NCBI GenBank assembly: GCA_964106915.2
Contig: OZ066915.1
DNA length: 64,000 nt
Origin: Podarcis gaigeae
Lineage: Eukaryota
Strand: one strand, 5' to 3'
A model generated the notes under the pieces. That model was not told the origin of the DNA. It saw only the letters and a program-made list of their open reading frames with translations, and made no database searches. The position numbers and the translations under genes are program-made. How positions within the stretch are numbered: position 1 is the stretch's first letter; every line of letters starts with the position of its first letter. Positions 61,476 to 64,000 of this stretch are shown here, in pieces.

Positions 61476-61729
61476 TAGTTGATCTGTGTCTCTGAACTTT
61501 AGGAAGCAGGTAGAAAAGTAAACTGAACTTGGCAATTCATCCTGAGGAATGATGGAGCTTGCTTGCACCTGTCCCAGCATCAATGGGAAGATAGTTCTCC
61601 CTTTTCCTGTGTAATTTCACACCTAGGGGTGACACCAACTATGTGGCTGGCTCCATTTGTGGGGTAAGGATACCCTCGTGGCTGAACACAGGTTGCCTAA
61701 CTTGTCTCTCTTCCTTGCCACACGTACAG

Positions 61730-61864
61730 GGTGCGCACCTGGCATTGATTGACTCACTGATGACAGCGTTTGCGTTGGAAGCCACCAGCTCACTCAGTGT
61801 TACACCAGGCACTGATCTGGCAGCCATCTCCTGGGACCAGAAACTTCTGCACTGGATAGACATG
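61730..61864 (+). CDS. CAMSAP3: CAMSAP3 coding exon 3 (runs into the CH domain; gene continues beyond the window)
   Basis: acag|GGTGCG...GACATG|gtacct; GAHLALIDSLMTAFALE...DQKLLHWIDM; 135 bp. Confidence 0.9.
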
Positions 61865-61879
61865 GTACCTTATTTATTT

Positions 61880-61914
<35 letters not shown>
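61880..61914. repeat. (ATCA)n microsatellite just after the CAMSAP3 exon 3 donor
   Basis: Read directly from the sequence. Confidence 0.9.
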
Positions 61915-61915
<1 letters not shown>

Positions 61916-62557
61916 GCTATTCTTGATATTTGTGCTTCCTCCAGATTACTTAGGTGTGCATAGAGAGAGTTAATGTCCCACTTTATTCACACAGCAAGTT
62001 TGTTTGATTCTCTACTCCAGGAACCTTTACTCCTCTAGAGGTCAACTACAACTCCCATCAGCCCCTGCAAGGATAGCCAGTGGCCAGTGATGGTTGTAGT
62101 TGTAGTTCAGCAATATCTGGAGGGCCAGAGGTTCTCCACAGCTGCACTAGTCCATGCCCAGCTGCACTGTCCAACCTCTGACATGGAAAATGTGAGGTTG
62201 GAGTAAAATGGTTTGGATGGATTACTTACAATTTGTGAGCCCTTCGGGGACATAGATTTATCCTACTAAAAATTGCTATAAAATCTCACCTGGAGCCCAA
62301 AGGATAGGGGCAGGATAATAAACATAGTTTTTTCATTGGTTTTGAATATGACCTCATAGAAACTTGGGATAAAATAAAAGGGGCAGTTCCTTGATTCTGT
62401 TCCGGCCCGTTTCATTCTAGCACCAACTTGCTGCTGTTGTGAAGGGGTGCTGGGCTTACTTTGTGTACATTTAAGCTCAAGTGGAGTTGCATTTCATTGC
62501 CCTTTCCTCTCCAACAAAAGTTTTTTTACACCCACGTGCCAATGGGGGATTAACTTC

Positions 62558-62640
62558 ATGCATCTGATAAAGGGATCTCTAATCCATGAAAGTTTATCCC
62601 TGTAACACATTTGTCATCTTTAATAAGGTGCCACAAGTCA
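62558..62640 (+). mobile_element. Old Penelope-like end with a degenerate hammerhead
   Basis: ctgataa agggat ctcta atccat gaaagttta ... ttgtcatctttaataaggtgccacaag. Confidence 0.55.
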
Positions 62641-62752
62641 TTTATCTCTCTTTTTGGCCTGGACTCAGGAAGGCAGTCATAAAAATATCTTTTATTTAAA
62701 TTAGTTTGACTTTTATTGTATCCTGTGCTGAAGAAAAAAATCAATAAAAATA

Positions 62753-63466
62753 CAGTCATACCTCGGTTTTGGAACAGCTTACTGTATTTTCCCGTGTATT
62801 GGATGAGGTTTTTTGACACAAAAATCATGTCAAAGGTCGTCCAATACATGGATAGTGGCATGGGGGGAGATGCCGCTGGAAGTGCTGGGTGGTGGCATGC
62901 AGCTTCTCCCGATGCTGCTGCCTACAGGGAGCGATCTGGGGGCACTGGCTGGCGGCACGCAGCTTCCCCTGATGCCGCTGCGCATGGGAAGCACTCCTTG
63001 GATTGTTTCCCGCGCGCGCAGCAGCATCAGGGGAAGGTGCCCTCTGGCCAACCTGCTGGCTGGTTAGAGCACAACTTCCCTCGATGCTGATGCGTGAGGG
63101 AAACACTCCCTGCCTGTGTGCGGGAAATGATCTAGGAAGTGTTTCCCGCCCACAGCTGCATGGGGGGAGAGGCTCAACAACTTTGAGCCATCTCCCCTCA
63201 TTTTCTTAAAATTAAGTCCCCCAAAATAGGGGGGAGGGTCTTATACATGGGGGCGTCTAATAGACAGAAAAGTATGGTAGTTCCCAAATGCCGCAAACCC
63301 AGAAATGCCTGTTCCGGTTTGCAAACTATTTTTGGAAGCTGAACATCCAACGGGGCTTCCGATTGGCTGCAGGATGACAATCAGAAGCCACGCTTTGGTT
63401 TTTGAATGTTTTGGAAGTTGAACGGACTTCTGGAACGGATTCTGCTCGACTTCCAAGGTATGACTG
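62753..63466. mobile_element. Tc1/mariner MITE (family B-like) interrupted by a nested element
   Basis: TA+cagtcatacctcgg ... ccaaggtatgactg+TA; right part alignable with 13545-13795. Confidence 0.85.
62782..63277. mobile_element. Nested Tc1/mariner-type element (~496 bp)
   Basis: TA at 62780-62781 and 63278-63279; decayed TIR ctgtattttcccgtgtattggatg / cgtctaatagacagaaaagtatgg. Confidence 0.75.
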
Positions 63467-64000
63467 TATTTATAAAAAGCAAAACAAAAAACAACGGCAT
63501 GCCCCTTGCTTCCTCCCTCCAGATCATCCACAAGATACAGCAAAGCAGCGAGCAGGAGTGCATTCAGCGGGCTGCTCCAGGAACAGACGGCCAGACCCAG
63601 GCCTCCAACAGCGGTCCCAAGGTGCGTTTGCTTGCCTCGTGCAGCTTCCTTCTGAATGGAGCAGGGAGGGAGCCTGGACTTGTGGCGTAGCTGGAGTGGG
63701 AGGGAGGGAGGCCATTTGTGGGCCCTGCCCCAGTAGCTAAAGCGTGGCGACGGAAGGGTGGCTTTATCCATGCCGGCTTTGTTCTGTGTACAAGCCACAC
63801 CCTTTCCCTCCCGCTCTTTCCTTCGAAGATAGAATTCGCTTCCTCCCTTCTGACTGACTCCCCGCCCCCCCAACTCTAGCTTATGTTTGGGAACTCCCTG
63901 CACCCCAAGGATTCCCTACCTCTCCCCCTTGTAAATCTGCTGCTTCACCCTCCTCCTGTGAGGTGGCCTTTGTCTGCTTTGTCCTTGCTTTGTGGGCAAC

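Overview
Vertebrate genomic DNA, most likely from a squamate reptile; the SINE content points to a lacertid lizard. The window holds two protein-coding genes, both on the + strand. (1) The 3' part of NOTCH3: 15 coding exons at 264-11667, all with GT-AG boundaries in compatible phases, running from about EGF26-34 through LNR, HD, TM, RAM and ankyrin to PEST. The ~1.5 kb 3' UTR carries a cluster of miR-1/206 sites. (2) The 5' part of CAMSAP3: a CpG-island promoter near 35.2-36.6 kb and coding exons 1-3 at 35952-36099, 54414-54679 and 61730-61864. The gene continues past the window. The rest is intron and intergenic DNA rich in MITEs (Tc1/mariner-type with TA duplications, hAT-type with 8-bp duplications), Sauria and tRNA-derived SINEs, CR1/L2/L1 fragments, Penelope-like ends and microsatellites, with one 131-N gap. 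The most unusual items are: (a) a perfect 123-bp-arm palindrome of a Penelope-like element with an intact minimal hammerhead ribozyme core on each strand, inside CAMSAP3 intron 2, plus a tiny snap-back sister insertion in a (TA)n tract; (b) a 974-bp mariner-type element built from alternately inverted modules, one hairpin tip of which carries a 19-nt exact copy of sequence 1.45 kb away; (c) an overlapping uORF ending in an AUGA stop-start on Met12 of CAMSAP3; (d) a tandem peptide duplication in the NOTCH3 S1 furin loop. Nothing here is shown to be a wholly new system. All calls were made by eye, without database searches.
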